A stretch of DNA of 64,000 nucleotides from a virus (Duplodnaviria > Caudoviricetes). The notes beneath the pieces were generated by a model. It worked only from the letters and a program-made list of their open reading frames with translations, searched no databases and was not told the DNA's origin. The position numbers and the translations under genes are program-made. Positions 7,548 through 17,034 of this stretch are shown in pieces. The stretch covers positions 1 through 64,000 of the IMG/VR virus record IMGVR_UViG_2767802105_000001. The stretch is one strand, 5' to 3'. Within the stretch, counting starts at the first letter, position 1, and every line of letters starts with the position of its first letter.

Positions 7548-8717
7548 TTACGTTGCCTCGCCATTCGAGCCAGGCCGGGCCAGTCTCAGCCACGGATTGT
7601 CTCGCCGGCTGATCGCCCGGTCTAGGTACTCCCGCTTGACGACGGCGGAGCCCTCCTTCCAGCGTCCTTGCCCCGTGGGGTCGCCGCCGGCGTCAGCGAT
7701 AGCTTGGGCGCCGCCGCGTCGGAGGCCGTGCGCCGTGATCTTCTCCCAGCCCTTGATTCCGGCTCGCTTGGCACGTTCGCGTACCCAGTCGTTGATGGCG
7801 TCGCCGGTGACGTGCTCGCCGCGGTCGGTGGCGCGGATTCGGGACTGCAGGCGGCCTTCGCGGGTGAGTGCCCGGAGGAAGGCGCCTTCGTGGACGCCCA
7901 GGCGGTGGAGGGTGTCGAGCCAGGCGCGGGTGGCGTGGACGGGGTCGATGTCGGGGTCGTCCCATGCGGGGATGAAGGTCTCCTCGCCCTTGGCTTCCTG
8001 GTCGGTTTTGGAGGAGGCGAAGTAGAGGGCAACGCCGTCGGTTTCGACGGTGACGTTGCCGATGGTGAGGTCGGCTAGTTCGCTGCGCCGGTTGAGGGCG
8101 CCGCGTCCGAGGAGGAGGACGGCGCGGTCGCGGATGCCGATGGGGTGCTGGGGATCGCAGGTGGCGACCATGGCGCGGATCATCTCGTCGGTGATGGCGG
8201 GTGCCTTCTTGACGCCGACGCGCTTGTTCCATTCCTTCTTGTACTCGTTGAGCATGCCGCGGGCTTCGGCGGTGCCGGGCTTCTTGTCGTCGGGCATCCA
8301 GGTGCGGATGGCAGACATGGCGACGCTGATGGCATTGGGGGCGCGGCCGTCGTCGATGAGGTGGGCGACGTATTCGACGTAGGTGGCGGTGGTGCAGGGC
8401 CGGTGTACGCGGCCTTGCGTCTCGCACCAGCGGCGGAAGAGGTCGCGCTGGTTGTTGTAGGTGCGGGACGTGTTCTTGGGCTTGGACTTGTTCTTGAGCC
8501 GCTCAGCGGTGGCCTTGCTGATGTAGAGGTCGCGTTCGGTGTAGGTGGGTTGGGCGGCTTCCGTGGGAAGCGGTTCGCCGGGGACGAGGATGGTGTGCCG
8601 GTCGACGAGCGTCCGGGCGGGCATCGCTTCGGCGTCTCCCGAAGCAATGGCGGGGAGGTGGTCGTCGTCCACCAGCTCGGCGTCGACAACCTCGTCAGCC
8701 TCGGTCACGGTCGCCAC
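7548..8717 (-). CDS. Cre-like tyrosine recombinase
   Basis: RDRAVLLLG..RRSEL, SKTDQ, HGLRRGG, GRW, REY catalytic motifs with Trp in the second-His position as in Cre. Confidence 0.9.
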   Translation of the reverse strand: MATVTEADEVVDAELVDDDHLPAIASGDAEAMPARTLVDRHTILVPGEPLPTEAAQPTYTERDLYISKATAERLKNKSKPKNTSRTYNNQRDLFRRWCETQGRVHRPCTTATYVEYVAHLIDDGRAPNAISVAMSAIRTWMPDDKKPGTAEARGMLNEYKKEWNKRVGVKKAPAITDEMIRAMVATCDPQHPIGIRDRAVLLLGRGALNRRSELADLTIGNVTVETDGVALYFASSKTDQEAKGEETFIPAWDDPDIDPVHATRAWLDTLHRLGVHEGAFLRALTREGRLQSRIRATDRGEHVTGDAINDWVRERAKRAGIKGWEKITAHGLRRGGAQAIADAGGDPTGQGRWKEGSAVVKREYLDRAISRRDNPWLRLARPGSNGEAT

Positions 8718-9181
8718 CCCTCCTGGTAGTCCGGGTGGTTGGCATGCACGGCCGCCAACTGATAGGCGAACTGGTCGAGACCGTGGCGGGTGAGGGCCAG
8801 CCCCTCTCGCACTTCCGGGTCCGGCTCTGCCTCGATTTGCTGAATCAGCTTCCGCCAGTTCGCGATCAAGAGTCGCTTGCCAGCTAGTTCAAGCAGGACG
8901 CGGTCCGGATCGAGGGCGGCACCTCTCATTCGGCTGGGATGGACGGTGTGCATGGCGGCTGGCCTCCATGACCCAACTTCGGCCAGACCGAGTCCCATAG
9001 CGGTCAGCCGCTCCACCGTGTCGCCTCGCTCTCGAGCGAGCTGAAGTCGGTGCCAGTCGTTGTGAATGCGCTCCATGCAATCGAGTGCACACGAGTGGCG
9101 TCGCGCTGCAACTTCATCTTCGTCGAGGCGGGCGTCGTTGAAGGCGGCGAGGGCAAGCAGTTGAGCTGTCGGCTGGGCCAC
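8705..9181 (-). CDS. DUF6221-like protein
   Basis: ARLDEDE..A, DPDRVLLELAGKRLLI, LAAVHANHPDYQEGWRP. Confidence 0.75.
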   Translation of the reverse strand: MAQPTAQLLALAAFNDARLDEDEVAARRHSCALDCMERIHNDWHRLQLARERGDTVERLTAMGLGLAEVGSWRPAAMHTVHPSRMRGAALDPDRVLLELAGKRLLIANWRKLIQQIEAEPDPEVREGLALTRHGLDQFAYQLAAVHANHPDYQEGWRP

Positions 9182-9199
9182 GGGAGTCCCTTCGAAGCA

Positions 9200-9227
9200 G
9201 GCGCGTATAAGGGAAATTATACTGGGC
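9200..9227. other. lox/dif-like recombination site candidate
   Basis: GGCGCGTATAA-GGGAAA-TTATACTGGGC; GTATAA/TTATAC inverted arms, asymmetric spacer, AT-rich island upstream of the recombinase operon. Confidence 0.6.
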
Positions 9228-9395
9228 TACCTCCGGTAACAGCCTTCGTCCCAGGGAAGTTGGAGACACCGCTCCGCTACGTCGAAGGCCCCACTCCGAG
9301 AGGAGCGGGGCCGCGATATTGCATGTTATCGAGGGTCGCCGGCATCCACGTGACAGCGGACAGAGGCGACTTGACGCCGCCGCTACCTTCAACGC

Positions 9396-9674
9396 ATGAC
9401 CACGTACCAGGGCCCGGCCACCCTCCTTGTAGAAGACGGCCGCAAGTTCGAAGCCGACGCCAACCTCACCAAGGACCAGTCCGGTGACTGGCGCGGCAGG
9501 CTCACCTTCCGCGACGTGCCCCTCATCCCGGTCCTGCTGAACATCCGGGACGGGCACGTACTCGTCGGAGGCCAGACCGGCGAGTTCGTGCGACAGGACA
9601 CCTCCGACTGGACCGCCACAGCCGGCGGCCCCCTGACCATCACCATCCTCGGCAGCGGCCCCGCCCCGTTCTAA
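9396..9674 (+). CDS. Hypothetical protein
   Basis: 92 aa ORF with high-GC3 usage, followed by hairpin 9681-9715. Confidence 0.75.
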   Translation: MTTYQGPATLLVEDGRKFEADANLTKDQSGDWRGRLTFRDVPLIPVLLNIRDGHVLVGGQTGEFVRQDTSDWTATAGGPLTITILGSGPAPF

Positions 9675-9806
9675 GCGCTACCGCGCCTCGCCAACGCTGC
9701 TCGGGCGAGGCGCGGCAGCAGCACACAGGGCAACGTTATGCGCTACCTCTGACTCCACCGTCGGGAAGGGGCTTCCCGGGTCAGGAGGTCGAGGGCCTGG
9801 AGCTGA

Positions 9807-10346
9807 TCACACGGCGGGTACGCGCCGGTCGTCCCACTGGAAGCGACCTTTGCCCGCGGCCCAGCTCAGGCCGTTGATCCCTACAGGCGGCAGGATCTCC
9901 GGGACGCCGGCGGCGTCTTGGCGGGGCCGGTGGAAGCGGGTCACCCACATGACGTCTGCGGTGCTGTTCCGGCAGTACTGCCCGGCCGGGACGTGGCACT
10001 TGGGGCACGCCGTCGCTGCGCACGCGTTCCAGGCTCGGCGCAGGGCCGCCTCAACAGCGGCGGGGTCGTGACCTGTCGGCTTCTTCGCGGCCAGGGTGAA
10101 GTACTCCATCGGCCGATGATGGCAGCCGGCCGTCCTGCCGGTCAGGCGGATGGGCCTCTGGCGCCTGAAAGCGGGACTGCGGTCGACGCCTGCGAGGGCC
10201 GGCGGAATCGGTCCGGCCGGTCGCGTCATGATGCGGCGTAGCTTGGCGACGACCTCGTCAGGCGGTTCGGGGGCCTCGGCTACACAGGCGCGGATGTGGG
10301 CGATGACGTCGTCGCCGAGGAGTCGTCGGCGTTCTTCTGGGGTCAT
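9807..10346 (-). CDS. Zn-finger hypothetical protein (possibly two in-frame genes; alternative start 10109)
   Basis: MTPEERRRLLGDD... N-part and CPKCHVPAGQYC...FHRPR C-part in one frame. Confidence 0.6.
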   Translation of the reverse strand: MTPEERRRLLGDDVIAHIRACVAEAPEPPDEVVAKLRRIMTRPAGPIPPALAGVDRSPAFRRQRPIRLTGRTAGCHHRPMEYFTLAAKKPTGHDPAAVEAALRRAWNACAATACPKCHVPAGQYCRNSTADVMWVTRFHRPRQDAAGVPEILPPVGINGLSWAAGKGRFQWDDRRVPAV

Positions 10347-10474
10347 GCCCTGCAACCGATGTGTCCGAAGCTCGGATGCGGCCCGCCACGTCACGGACCG
10401 GTAACCCGCACGCACAGTTCCCTCACATGTGGTCTACGGTGTTCCAGCGTTCAACCTTGGGGGGAATCACGCGC

Positions 10475-11119
10475 GTGCGCGCATCTGCGGCTACGGCCGC
10501 CCTGCTTCTGGCCGTTCTCACCGCGTGCGGTGGCGGCGATGGCGGTGATGCGGAGTCGTCGGCGAAGCCGAAGGCCGCAGCATCCAAGGAGCCGAGCAAG
10601 CCGGAGGTCGACTGCATGGACGAGTCGATCAGCCAGGCCGACTGGTTGGAGCACTGCTCCGACGAAGGCGCCGGCACTGGTGGCGACGGGACCGAAGGCC
10701 AGTCGACGGGCCTCAAGTTCGGCGAGTCGTACACCTGGCCGGACGGGCTGAAGGTGTCCGTCGTGGAGGCGAAGAAGTGGACGCAGTTCACTGACGAGGA
10801 CTACGCCGAGGACGATCCGGCGCTCACGGAGTTCCGGGTGAAGCTGAAGCTCACCAACGGCGGTGACACGGCCGTGAAACTGGACGACCTGTCGGTCATC
10901 GTCGAGGGGGCGACGAACGGCGGTGAGGCTTCCACCACGGGATTCGCGACGGACTCCCAGCCGCTGGAGGGCCGGCTTGCCGCTGGCGTGACTGCGACGA
11001 AGACCGACGACAACGCCCTTGAGACGAAGTACGGCACGAAGATCGTCGTGACGGTGCAGCGGTCGAGTGAGGACTTCGACCTCGAGTTCCCGGAGTTCGA
11101 GGGCGAGATCACGGACTGA
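10475..11119 (+). CDS. Lipoprotein
   Basis: Signal peptide ending LAVLTAC lipobox, low-complexity linker, beta-rich C-terminal domain; GGGGGA SD. Confidence 0.85.
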   Translation: MRASAATAALLLAVLTACGGGDGGDAESSAKPKAAASKEPSKPEVDCMDESISQADWLEHCSDEGAGTGGDGTEGQSTGLKFGESYTWPDGLKVSVVEAKKWTQFTDEDYAEDDPALTEFRVKLKLTNGGDTAVKLDDLSVIVEGATNGGEASTTGFATDSQPLEGRLAAGVTATKTDDNALETKYGTKIVVTVQRSSEDFDLEFPEFEGEITD

Positions 11120-11272
11120 TCGCATCGAGACGCCCCGCGGCCGGCCCAGTGCAGACTACGGGGCGTTGTCACGCCGGCTCTTCGATGACGTCCACGTCCG
11201 GCAGGTCGGTGTAGACCGGTTCCTGGAACGGGTGGGGTGAGAGCCAGAACGGCGTGGGCTCGTCGTTGTCGG

Positions 11273-11611
11273 TCACGGCTGGTCCTTGGCGGCCTGGGCG
11301 GCGCGGTGTTCCCGCTGCGCTTTGATCATCATGCGGGTGCGTTGCAGCATCAGTCCAGCGACCGCGAGGAGCAGCAGCGTGCGGAGGGTGCGGGCGACGA
11401 AGACGAAGCAGCCGTCGGGCCACACCATGACGAGGACGGTGTACAGGCAGAGCAGGCCGACGGCGGCGGCGAAGAACATCAGGTTGCGGCCGACTTCGGA
11501 CCTCCACCATGTCGCCCGCAGGTGGTAGGTGGCTGCGAACCCGGCGCAGGCGGTGAAGGCCAGCATCGACGCGGCCACGTTCACCCACTGGTCGATGCCC
11601 CAGGTGTTCAT
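11273..11611 (-). CDS. Membrane protein of lysis cassette (about 3 TM)
   Basis: Hydrophobic helices, WWRSEVGRNLM; last gene of lysis cluster. Confidence 0.8.
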   Translation of the reverse strand: MNTWGIDQWVNVAASMLAFTACAGFAATYHLRATWWRSEVGRNLMFFAAAVGLLCLYTVLVMVWPDGCFVFVARTLRTLLLLAVAGLMLQRTRMMIKAQREHRAAQAAKDQP

Positions 11612-11820
11612 CGTGTTGCTCCTCTGAAGGCGGCTTCGATCCGCTCGCGGAAGTGGTTCTCCTGCTGGGCGAGCCGCAGTTTGGCGACGACGGCTTCGAC
11701 GGCTGGCTGGCGGGCTTCGGCGGCTTGTCGGGCTTCGCGTGCGCGTTCCAGTGCTCGGTCGGAGGGGCGTTGCTCGCTTCGGTCAGAGCCGTGTACGAGG
11801 CGCTTGATCCATGCGATCAC
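11608..11820 (-). CDS. Small lysis-cassette protein
   Basis: Coiled ORF ending ENHFRERIEAAF, overlapping neighbours. Confidence 0.75.
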   Translation of the reverse strand: MIAWIKRLVHGSDRSEQRPSDRALERAREARQAAEARQPAVEAVVAKLRLAQQENHFRERIEAAFRGATR

Positions 11821-12103
11821 GGGCGTTCACCTCCTCCTCGTCCTGTTGCCCGGGTTGGGGTAGGGCGGTGAGGAGGTGTCCTCCGAGCTTGGCCATCTCG
11901 AGGAGTTCGCCGGTTTGTTCGTGTTCGATGCGGCGGGCGGCCTCGGATTCAAGGAATGCCTGACGCCATTTGTCCCTGTCGGCGAGGGCGTCTTCGTGGG
12001 TTTTGCGGGGGATGAGGCGGCCGGTTACGACGGACAGGAAGACCAAGATGAGCAGGCCGACTGCTCCCCCGTCGGCGACGTTGATGCCGAACAGCTCGCT
12101 CAT
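11783..12103 (-). CDS. Single-TM coiled-coil lysis-cassette protein
   Basis: TM then GRLIPRKTH...RDKWRQAF. Confidence 0.8.
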   Translation of the reverse strand: MSELFGINVADGGAVGLLILVFLSVVTGRLIPRKTHEDALADRDKWRQAFLESEAARRIEHEQTGELLEMAKLGGHLLTALPQPGQQDEEEVNARDRMDQAPRTRL

Positions 12104-12138
12104 CTTGCTCCTCCCCTGGTGCGGTCGTCACGGTGTGG

Positions 12139-12507
12139 TCAGGCTGCGGTCTTGACCGCGCTTCGTTCCTCGAGGCCCGTTGTCGACAGCGGCGGGGTGA
12201 CGATGAAGCGTTCGACGACGGCGAGGAGGGCGGCGATGGAACCCATCCAGAGGGCTTGCCGGTCGGCGGACCAGTCGAGGCCGAGGCCGACGAAGAGGCT
12301 CATGACGGCCTGGGCGGTCTGGAGGATGGCGGCAGCCCAGGCGCCGTTCTTGGCGACGAACGCGATGATGATGGCGACGACACCGGCGGCGATGGCGTTG
12401 ATCGCGGTCTGGACGCCGTCGGATACATCGAACTCGTAGCCGGCGAGCTTGACCGCGGCGGCGATGAGGCCAAGGAGCAGCGCGGGTTCTCTCTTGAGGA
12501 CGGTCAT
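12139..12507 (-). CDS. Holin-like protein
   Basis: REPALL start, about 4 TM helices, downstream of endolysin. Confidence 0.8.
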   Translation of the reverse strand: MTVLKREPALLLGLIAAAVKLAGYEFDVSDGVQTAINAIAAGVVAIIIAFVAKNGAWAAAILQTAQAVMSLFVGLGLDWSADRQALWMGSIAALLAVVERFIVTPPLSTTGLEERSAVKTAA

Positions 12508-12519
12508 GGTGGTGGCCTT

Positions 12520-12873
12520 TCAGACGGGTTGGGCGAGTTGGCGGCAGCCGATGACGGTGCCGCTCGCGTTGCGGACTTCGCGGTACGGGACGAGGAGGTC
12601 GCTGCGTTTCATGGCGAGGCCGAGAGCGACGGGCAGGGACACGATGTAGCTGAAGCCGTCCGCGCGGCCGGGCAGGTCTTGGGCGTGGGTGTACTCGACG
12701 AGTTCGACGGGGATGCCGTCGCGGTACTCGGAGGTGAGCGGGACCATGCCCAGTCGTGCTGGCGTCGGCTGGGGGTCGATGACGCGGCGCAGTCCGAGGT
12801 CGAGGTCGTCGAGGCCGTCGGGGCGGTCGTCGGCGTAGACCCGTATCGGGTGTGGCGTCAGGTTGAGGATCAC
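12520..12873 (-). CDS. Hypothetical protein between endolysin and holin
   Basis: ILNLTPHPI...YIVSLPV...RSDLLVP...VIGCRQLA; GTGA overlap. Confidence 0.8.
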   Translation of the reverse strand: MILNLTPHPIRVYADDRPDGLDDLDLGLRRVIDPQPTPARLGMVPLTSEYRDGIPVELVEYTHAQDLPGRADGFSYIVSLPVALGLAMKRSDLLVPYREVRNASGTVIGCRQLAQPV

Positions 12874-13820
12874 TCGGCGAGCCTGTCTGCGATCTTTTGG
12901 GCGACCTTCTCGGCGATGGCGTCGGCGAGGCCCGGGGCGGCGGCGACCTTGTCGGCGAGCTTGGCGATCTGCTCGTCGGTGAGGTCGACCGACTTGAGGG
13001 CGTCGACCTTCTTGTTCAGGGCGTCGACCTGGTTCTTGGTGCCGCGGAGGTAGGCGTAGGCGTCCTGCGGCTCGTTGGTGCCCTTGTACTGCCAGGGGGC
13101 GATGCGGCGGCTGTCGACGATGGTGTTGACCTTGGCGGCGATGTCGGAGAGCTGCTTGGCCTGTGCGCTGGTGAGGGACACGTCGTCCTCCGGGGGTGGG
13201 GTGGTCTTGCCGGCGGCGCGGGTGAGGATGGCGGCCATGGGCAGCAGGCCGGGGTCTCCGTGGTCGTTCTCGGGGACGTGCTGGTGCCCGCAGTGCCCGC
13301 GGTAGTTGGACCAGGCCGTGTTGCTCATGCGGACGCTGGAGTTGCCGTAGCTGGACGGGTACGCCTTGAAGGTCACGCCCGAGGTGAGCGGGATGCCGTG
13401 CTGTTCGTGGGCCCACTTCGCGAACTCGGCGAGGTCGCGGATGGCCCAGTCGGGCAGGTCTGGCGTGTACAGGTGCGGGGTGCCGCCCCACTTCTTGTGG
13501 GTGGCCGGGTCGCAGGTGCCGACGATCTCTACCTGCACGACGTTGAGCGTGTTCGTCTCGACGCCTCCGCTGCGGTTGACGAGGGCACGAGAGGAGACGT
13601 CGAAGTCGAAGTGCTGGTACCAGACCAGCCGTTTGGCTGCGAAGTCGGGCTTCGCGGTGAAGTTGGGGGCCGAGCTTCCGCCGTCGTAGGACGGCAGCGA
13701 GGTGCCTTCGGTGGTGTGCCAGACGACGACGTTGGACTCCATGGCGGAGCCGGGGTATTTCGAGCCGTACCAGTACGCCGTGGAGGCGCCGGGGTATCTC
13801 TGTGGGCCGGTGCGGGCCAT
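12870..13820 (-). CDS. Endolysin, N-acetylmuramoyl-L-alanine amidase type
   Basis: VWHTTEG, QVEIVG, GHQHVPENDHGDPG Zn-amidase motifs; GGAGG SD. Confidence 0.9.
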   Translation of the reverse strand: MARTGPQRYPGASTAYWYGSKYPGSAMESNVVVWHTTEGTSLPSYDGGSSAPNFTAKPDFAAKRLVWYQHFDFDVSSRALVNRSGGVETNTLNVVQVEIVGTCDPATHKKWGGTPHLYTPDLPDWAIRDLAEFAKWAHEQHGIPLTSGVTFKAYPSSYGNSSVRMSNTAWSNYRGHCGHQHVPENDHGDPGLLPMAAILTRAAGKTTPPPEDDVSLTSAQAKQLSDIAAKVNTIVDSRRIAPWQYKGTNEPQDAYAYLRGTKNQVDALNKKVDALKSVDLTDEQIAKLADKVAAAPGLADAIAEKVAQKIADRLAE

Positions 13821-13873
13821 GCGGCCTCCTGCTGCTCGTGTCGGGGTGCAGCGCACCAACGACGATTGACCTT

Positions 13874-13912
13874 TGAATCATAGGCCAACACCCACTATGA
13901 GCCTACGATTCA
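13874..13912. promoter_or_regulatory. Inverted pair GCCTAYGATTCA, probable divergent promoters
   Basis: TGAATCATAGGC (13874) and GCCTACGATTCA (13901), each containing a TAYGAT -10-like hexamer. Confidence 0.5.
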
Positions 13913-14038
13913 CAGGCAATCGGGTATCGTGCGGTTAGGGGAGTCACACCGGTCCTTGCCTCCCCTGCTGTGGCGGGCCCGGCCGTGCGGGTCCCGGCCC
14001 GCCACCCCAACCCGCACCCACCCGCACCGGAGACCGTC

Positions 14039-14950
14039 ATGAGCGAACCCTCTAGCCAACCCCTGTCGTATGCGGACGTGCTCGCGTGGGCAGTCGTCCT
14101 GACCCACCGGGCCAGGCAGGAGCGTGACGGCGTCAGCGTCCTCTTGCTGCCGTATCCGCCGTGCCCTACCTGCGGTGAGCCCGTGCACGAGGCAGAGCAG
14201 GTCGTAGCCGACGTCGACCGCCTGGCGCGGAACATCCGGCTCACCGTCCAGCCTTGCGGCCACGTCCACACGGCCAGCGACGACCACGTTCACCGCCTTT
14301 GGTTGCACATCCACGAGATGACGGCCGACGTCGCCAGCGGGTACCACGGCCACGCCGTCGAAGCCCGTCCGTGGACCACCGAGGAAATCGTTCGCGAAGC
14401 GCACGCCCGTGTCGCCGGTACAGCAACTGAGGGGGACAGCTACCCGGTGTCGTCTTCCGGGGGCGAGTCGGCACCCGACGAACTGGCCCGCCTTCGGGAG
14501 GGCCTGCACAAGTTCCGCTACGCCCTCGATTCCCGCGCCGGGCGTGAGACCACCACCGACTTCATCCGCGAGATGCTCGACGCGATGCTCACGGACCCTG
14601 GCGAGCCGTGCGACCGCGACCAGCAGTACGCGCGCGCCGAGCAGGCCGAGGCGACCGTCGCGCGGGTGCGAGCCGAGGTGGCCCGGATCCGCTCCATCAC
14701 GCCGACCTGGGGTCCGGTCGCTGACCTCATCGAAGCCGCCCTCGACGGTGCAGAGCGACCGAGGGAGCAGCGGGAGCGTCCCGCCCATCCCGACGGGACT
14801 CCGTACAGCTACTACGAGATCACCGCTGAGGGGTGGGGGTTCTGCGACGGCTGCGGCATGTGGTCGACGGCCAGCCAGGAACGCCCGCACCAGTGCCCGG
14901 AGACGCACATGCAGGGGCCCATCGACGGCAAGGAGGCCACCGATGCCTGA
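14039..14950 (+). CDS. Mosaic hypothetical protein
   Basis: CPTC...PCGH and CDGC motifs, first gene of plus-strand operon. Confidence 0.75.
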   Translation: MSEPSSQPLSYADVLAWAVVLTHRARQERDGVSVLLLPYPPCPTCGEPVHEAEQVVADVDRLARNIRLTVQPCGHVHTASDDHVHRLWLHIHEMTADVASGYHGHAVEARPWTTEEIVREAHARVAGTATEGDSYPVSSSGGESAPDELARLREGLHKFRYALDSRAGRETTTDFIREMLDAMLTDPGEPCDRDQQYARAEQAEATVARVRAEVARIRSITPTWGPVADLIEAALDGAERPREQRERPAHPDGTPYSYYEITAEGWGFCDGCGMWSTASQERPHQCPETHMQGPIDGKEATDA

Positions 14951-15098
14951 GCCTGAGGATCCGATCACGCAGCTCGCCGCTGCCGCCGTGCAGTTGCACG
15001 AGCTGTACGAGGCATACCTTTCCGCAGGGTTCACCGAGGTGCAGGCACTTGAGCTCGTCAAGGCGACCTTGGCCGCGAGCGTGGGCGGTGCCGGGTGA
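14943..15098 (+). CDS. Small hypothetical protein
   Basis: HELYEAYLSAGFTEVQALELV; AAGGAGG SD. Confidence 0.7.
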   Translation: MPEPEDPITQLAAAAVQLHELYEAYLSAGFTEVQALELVKATLAASVGGAG

Positions 15099-15631
15099 CC
15101 GGGCGTGGGCCGAAGGTGCGACTGGCGAACATCGCACGCGGGCCGAATGTGCCGGTCACAGTAGCGGAGTGGGATGCGACACCCGGCCTGCACGAGTGGA
15201 TCGAAGGCGAGATCCGGCAGCGGGAGGAAGCGGCCCGTGACGCCACCGCAGGGCCTTGGTTCGCGGAACACCCCGAGGCCTCATGGGGTGAGGAGAAGGA
15301 CGCGGAAATCATCGGCCAGGGCAAGCTGCTGGCCGTCCTCGCCTACGAGCGCAACGGCCACCTCAACGCCGACCACATCGCACTGAACGGCCCCGACTAC
15401 GTGCTGCGCCGGTGTGCCGCCGATCGGAAGATCCTCGCCGCACACCCGTACACCACCGACGTGCTCAACCCAAGCTACGGGCCGCACACCGCCGGATTCG
15501 GCTGCGAGACCTGCCACGACTGGGACGGCATCACCGAAGGACGCGGCAACTGCGACACCATCCTCGCCCTCGCCGAAGCCTACGGACTCGAACCCGCCGG
15601 CAAGACCGACGTGGAGGTCATCCGTGCCTGA
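15095..15631 (+). CDS. DUF6221-like protein
   Basis: AARDATAGPW, ADHIALNGPDYVLRRCAADRKIL, CETC, CDTILALAEAY. Confidence 0.8.
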   Translation: MTGRGPKVRLANIARGPNVPVTVAEWDATPGLHEWIEGEIRQREEAARDATAGPWFAEHPEASWGEEKDAEIIGQGKLLAVLAYERNGHLNADHIALNGPDYVLRRCAADRKILAAHPYTTDVLNPSYGPHTAGFGCETCHDWDGITEGRGNCDTILALAEAYGLEPAGKTDVEVIRA

Positions 15632-15827
15632 CGTGACAGTGAAGCTGTCCGACGGTGTCCGCGAGATCGCCGTCGAGATCACGGGCGCAGACGACGCGCT
15701 TCGGAGGGCCGAAGAGACCGCCATCCGCCTCTACGACGCCGCCGTCGCCGGCAGCCCTACCGATCGGCGCGCAGGCTTCGCAGGCTGGTCACCCAGCAGC
15801 ACCACCGAACGCAGCCCCGAGGAGTAA
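15624..15827 (+). CDS. Hypothetical protein
   Basis: GTG start with GGAGG SD, overlapping operon gene. Confidence 0.65.
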   Translation: MPDVTVKLSDGVREIAVEITGADDALRRAEETAIRLYDAAVAGSPTDRRAGFAGWSPSSTTERSPEE

Positions 15828-15830
15828 GGC

Positions 15831-16286
15831 ATGGACCTTCACGCCTGGATCGCCGCGCAGGTCGTCCACGTCGAGGCGCTGATCGACGAGAACGAGTTCC
15901 CGCCCAGCCAGGCGGAGGCCGTGAGATTGCGCTGCGAGGCAGACCGTCGTGTCCTCGCCCGGCACTGTTCCGTCGATGACGGCTACTCCGTGGCCTGCGA
16001 CGGCTGCGGATACGACGGAAGTTGCTGCCCTGCGCCCGCCACCGAGAACGTGAGCGACTGTCCCGAGCTGCTGGATCTCGCGCACGCGCACGGCATCACG
16101 GCCGAGATCCTCGCCAGCCTCGACCGACCCCGACCGCCTAAGCGGCAGCCCGTCGAACCCGGCCCGCTCGGGAATGCGGTCGCCGACGCGTGGGGCGCCG
16201 CACTACTCGCCACCCTGGCAGCCACACCGATCAGCGATGCGCCCGCCGCCGTGCGCGGCCCCAACTGGAAGGCGGACGCGTCGTGA
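15831..16286 (+). CDS. DUF6221-like protein
   Basis: LRCEADRRVLARH, CDGC, CPELLDLAHAHG. Confidence 0.75.
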   Translation: MDLHAWIAAQVVHVEALIDENEFPPSQAEAVRLRCEADRRVLARHCSVDDGYSVACDGCGYDGSCCPAPATENVSDCPELLDLAHAHGITAEILASLDRPRPPKRQPVEPGPLGNAVADAWGAALLATLAATPISDAPAAVRGPNWKADAS

Positions 16287-16672
16287 GCAGCAGCTACCAC
16301 GTCCTGTGCCTGTCCCACGACCCGGCGGTCACCGTGGGCGAGTACGGCCACCGACCCGAGCCGGCCCTGGAAGCGATCGCCGCGGGCATCGACGGGCATG
16401 CCGGGTGCGACCTCGCGGTCGGCCGCTACTCGTACCCGCTCGTCGAAGTCTGCTGCCCGGCCACCCGTGATCAGTCGGCCAAGCTGCGCTGCTGCCACGG
16501 CGGCCCCGTCTGGCTGGACCGGGACTGGCTGCGGCTCCTCGCCGCCGGCTATCAGACCACGGACCCGCTCGTGGAAGCCGCCGTCAGGAAGGTGTCCAGC
16601 CTCTGCTGGCCATGGGAACGCCTCCGGCGGCTGCGCGCGGAGCTGGATGTCGAGATGAGGGAGCAGCCGTGA
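16283..16672 (+). CDS. Cys/His-rich hypothetical protein
   Basis: SSSYHVLCLSHDPA...GRYSYPLVEVCCP; GTGA overlap. Confidence 0.75.
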   Translation: MSSSYHVLCLSHDPAVTVGEYGHRPEPALEAIAAGIDGHAGCDLAVGRYSYPLVEVCCPATRDQSAKLRCCHGGPVWLDRDWLRLLAAGYQTTDPLVEAAVRKVSSLCWPWERLRRLRAELDVEMREQP

Positions 16673-17034
16673 CGGGGAAGGATGCCGCCCGCTACGCCCG
16701 CTATGCGGAGGCTGTGAGCAGCATCGTGGGCTACCCGTCCGAGACGATGGTGCGTGCTGTCATGGCAGTGGCCGACGCCGAACTCGCCGAGCGGGAGACG
16801 CCCGATCCGCTCGTCGGACGGCTCGTCGCCTGCGCCGACCCCAGCACCGGCAGGGTTCTGGCTGTCGGCAAGGTCACCGAAGCCGACCGAGCCGACGGCA
16901 GTATGCGGCTCACGATCGTGCGGCACGCCGAGCAGGATGCGCCCTGCCCGGACGCCGACCCGGCGACCCTCCCGCCCGGCATGAACTGGCGCGACCACCT
17001 CGACGCCGCTGGAGGGCGCCATGACCGCACCTGA
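16669..17034 (+). CDS. Hypothetical protein
   Basis: GTGA overlap, VRAVMAVADAE motif. Confidence 0.65.
   Translation: MTGKDAARYARYAEAVSSIVGYPSETMVRAVMAVADAELAERETPDPLVGRLVACADPSTGRVLAVGKVTEADRADGSMRLTIVRHAEQDAPCPDADPATLPPGMNWRDHLDAAGGRHDRT

Noticed and set aside
7548-8717. The phage's chromosomal integrase
   Set aside because: Motifs are Cre/resolvase-like, it is internal to the element and no att junction or host genes are adjacent
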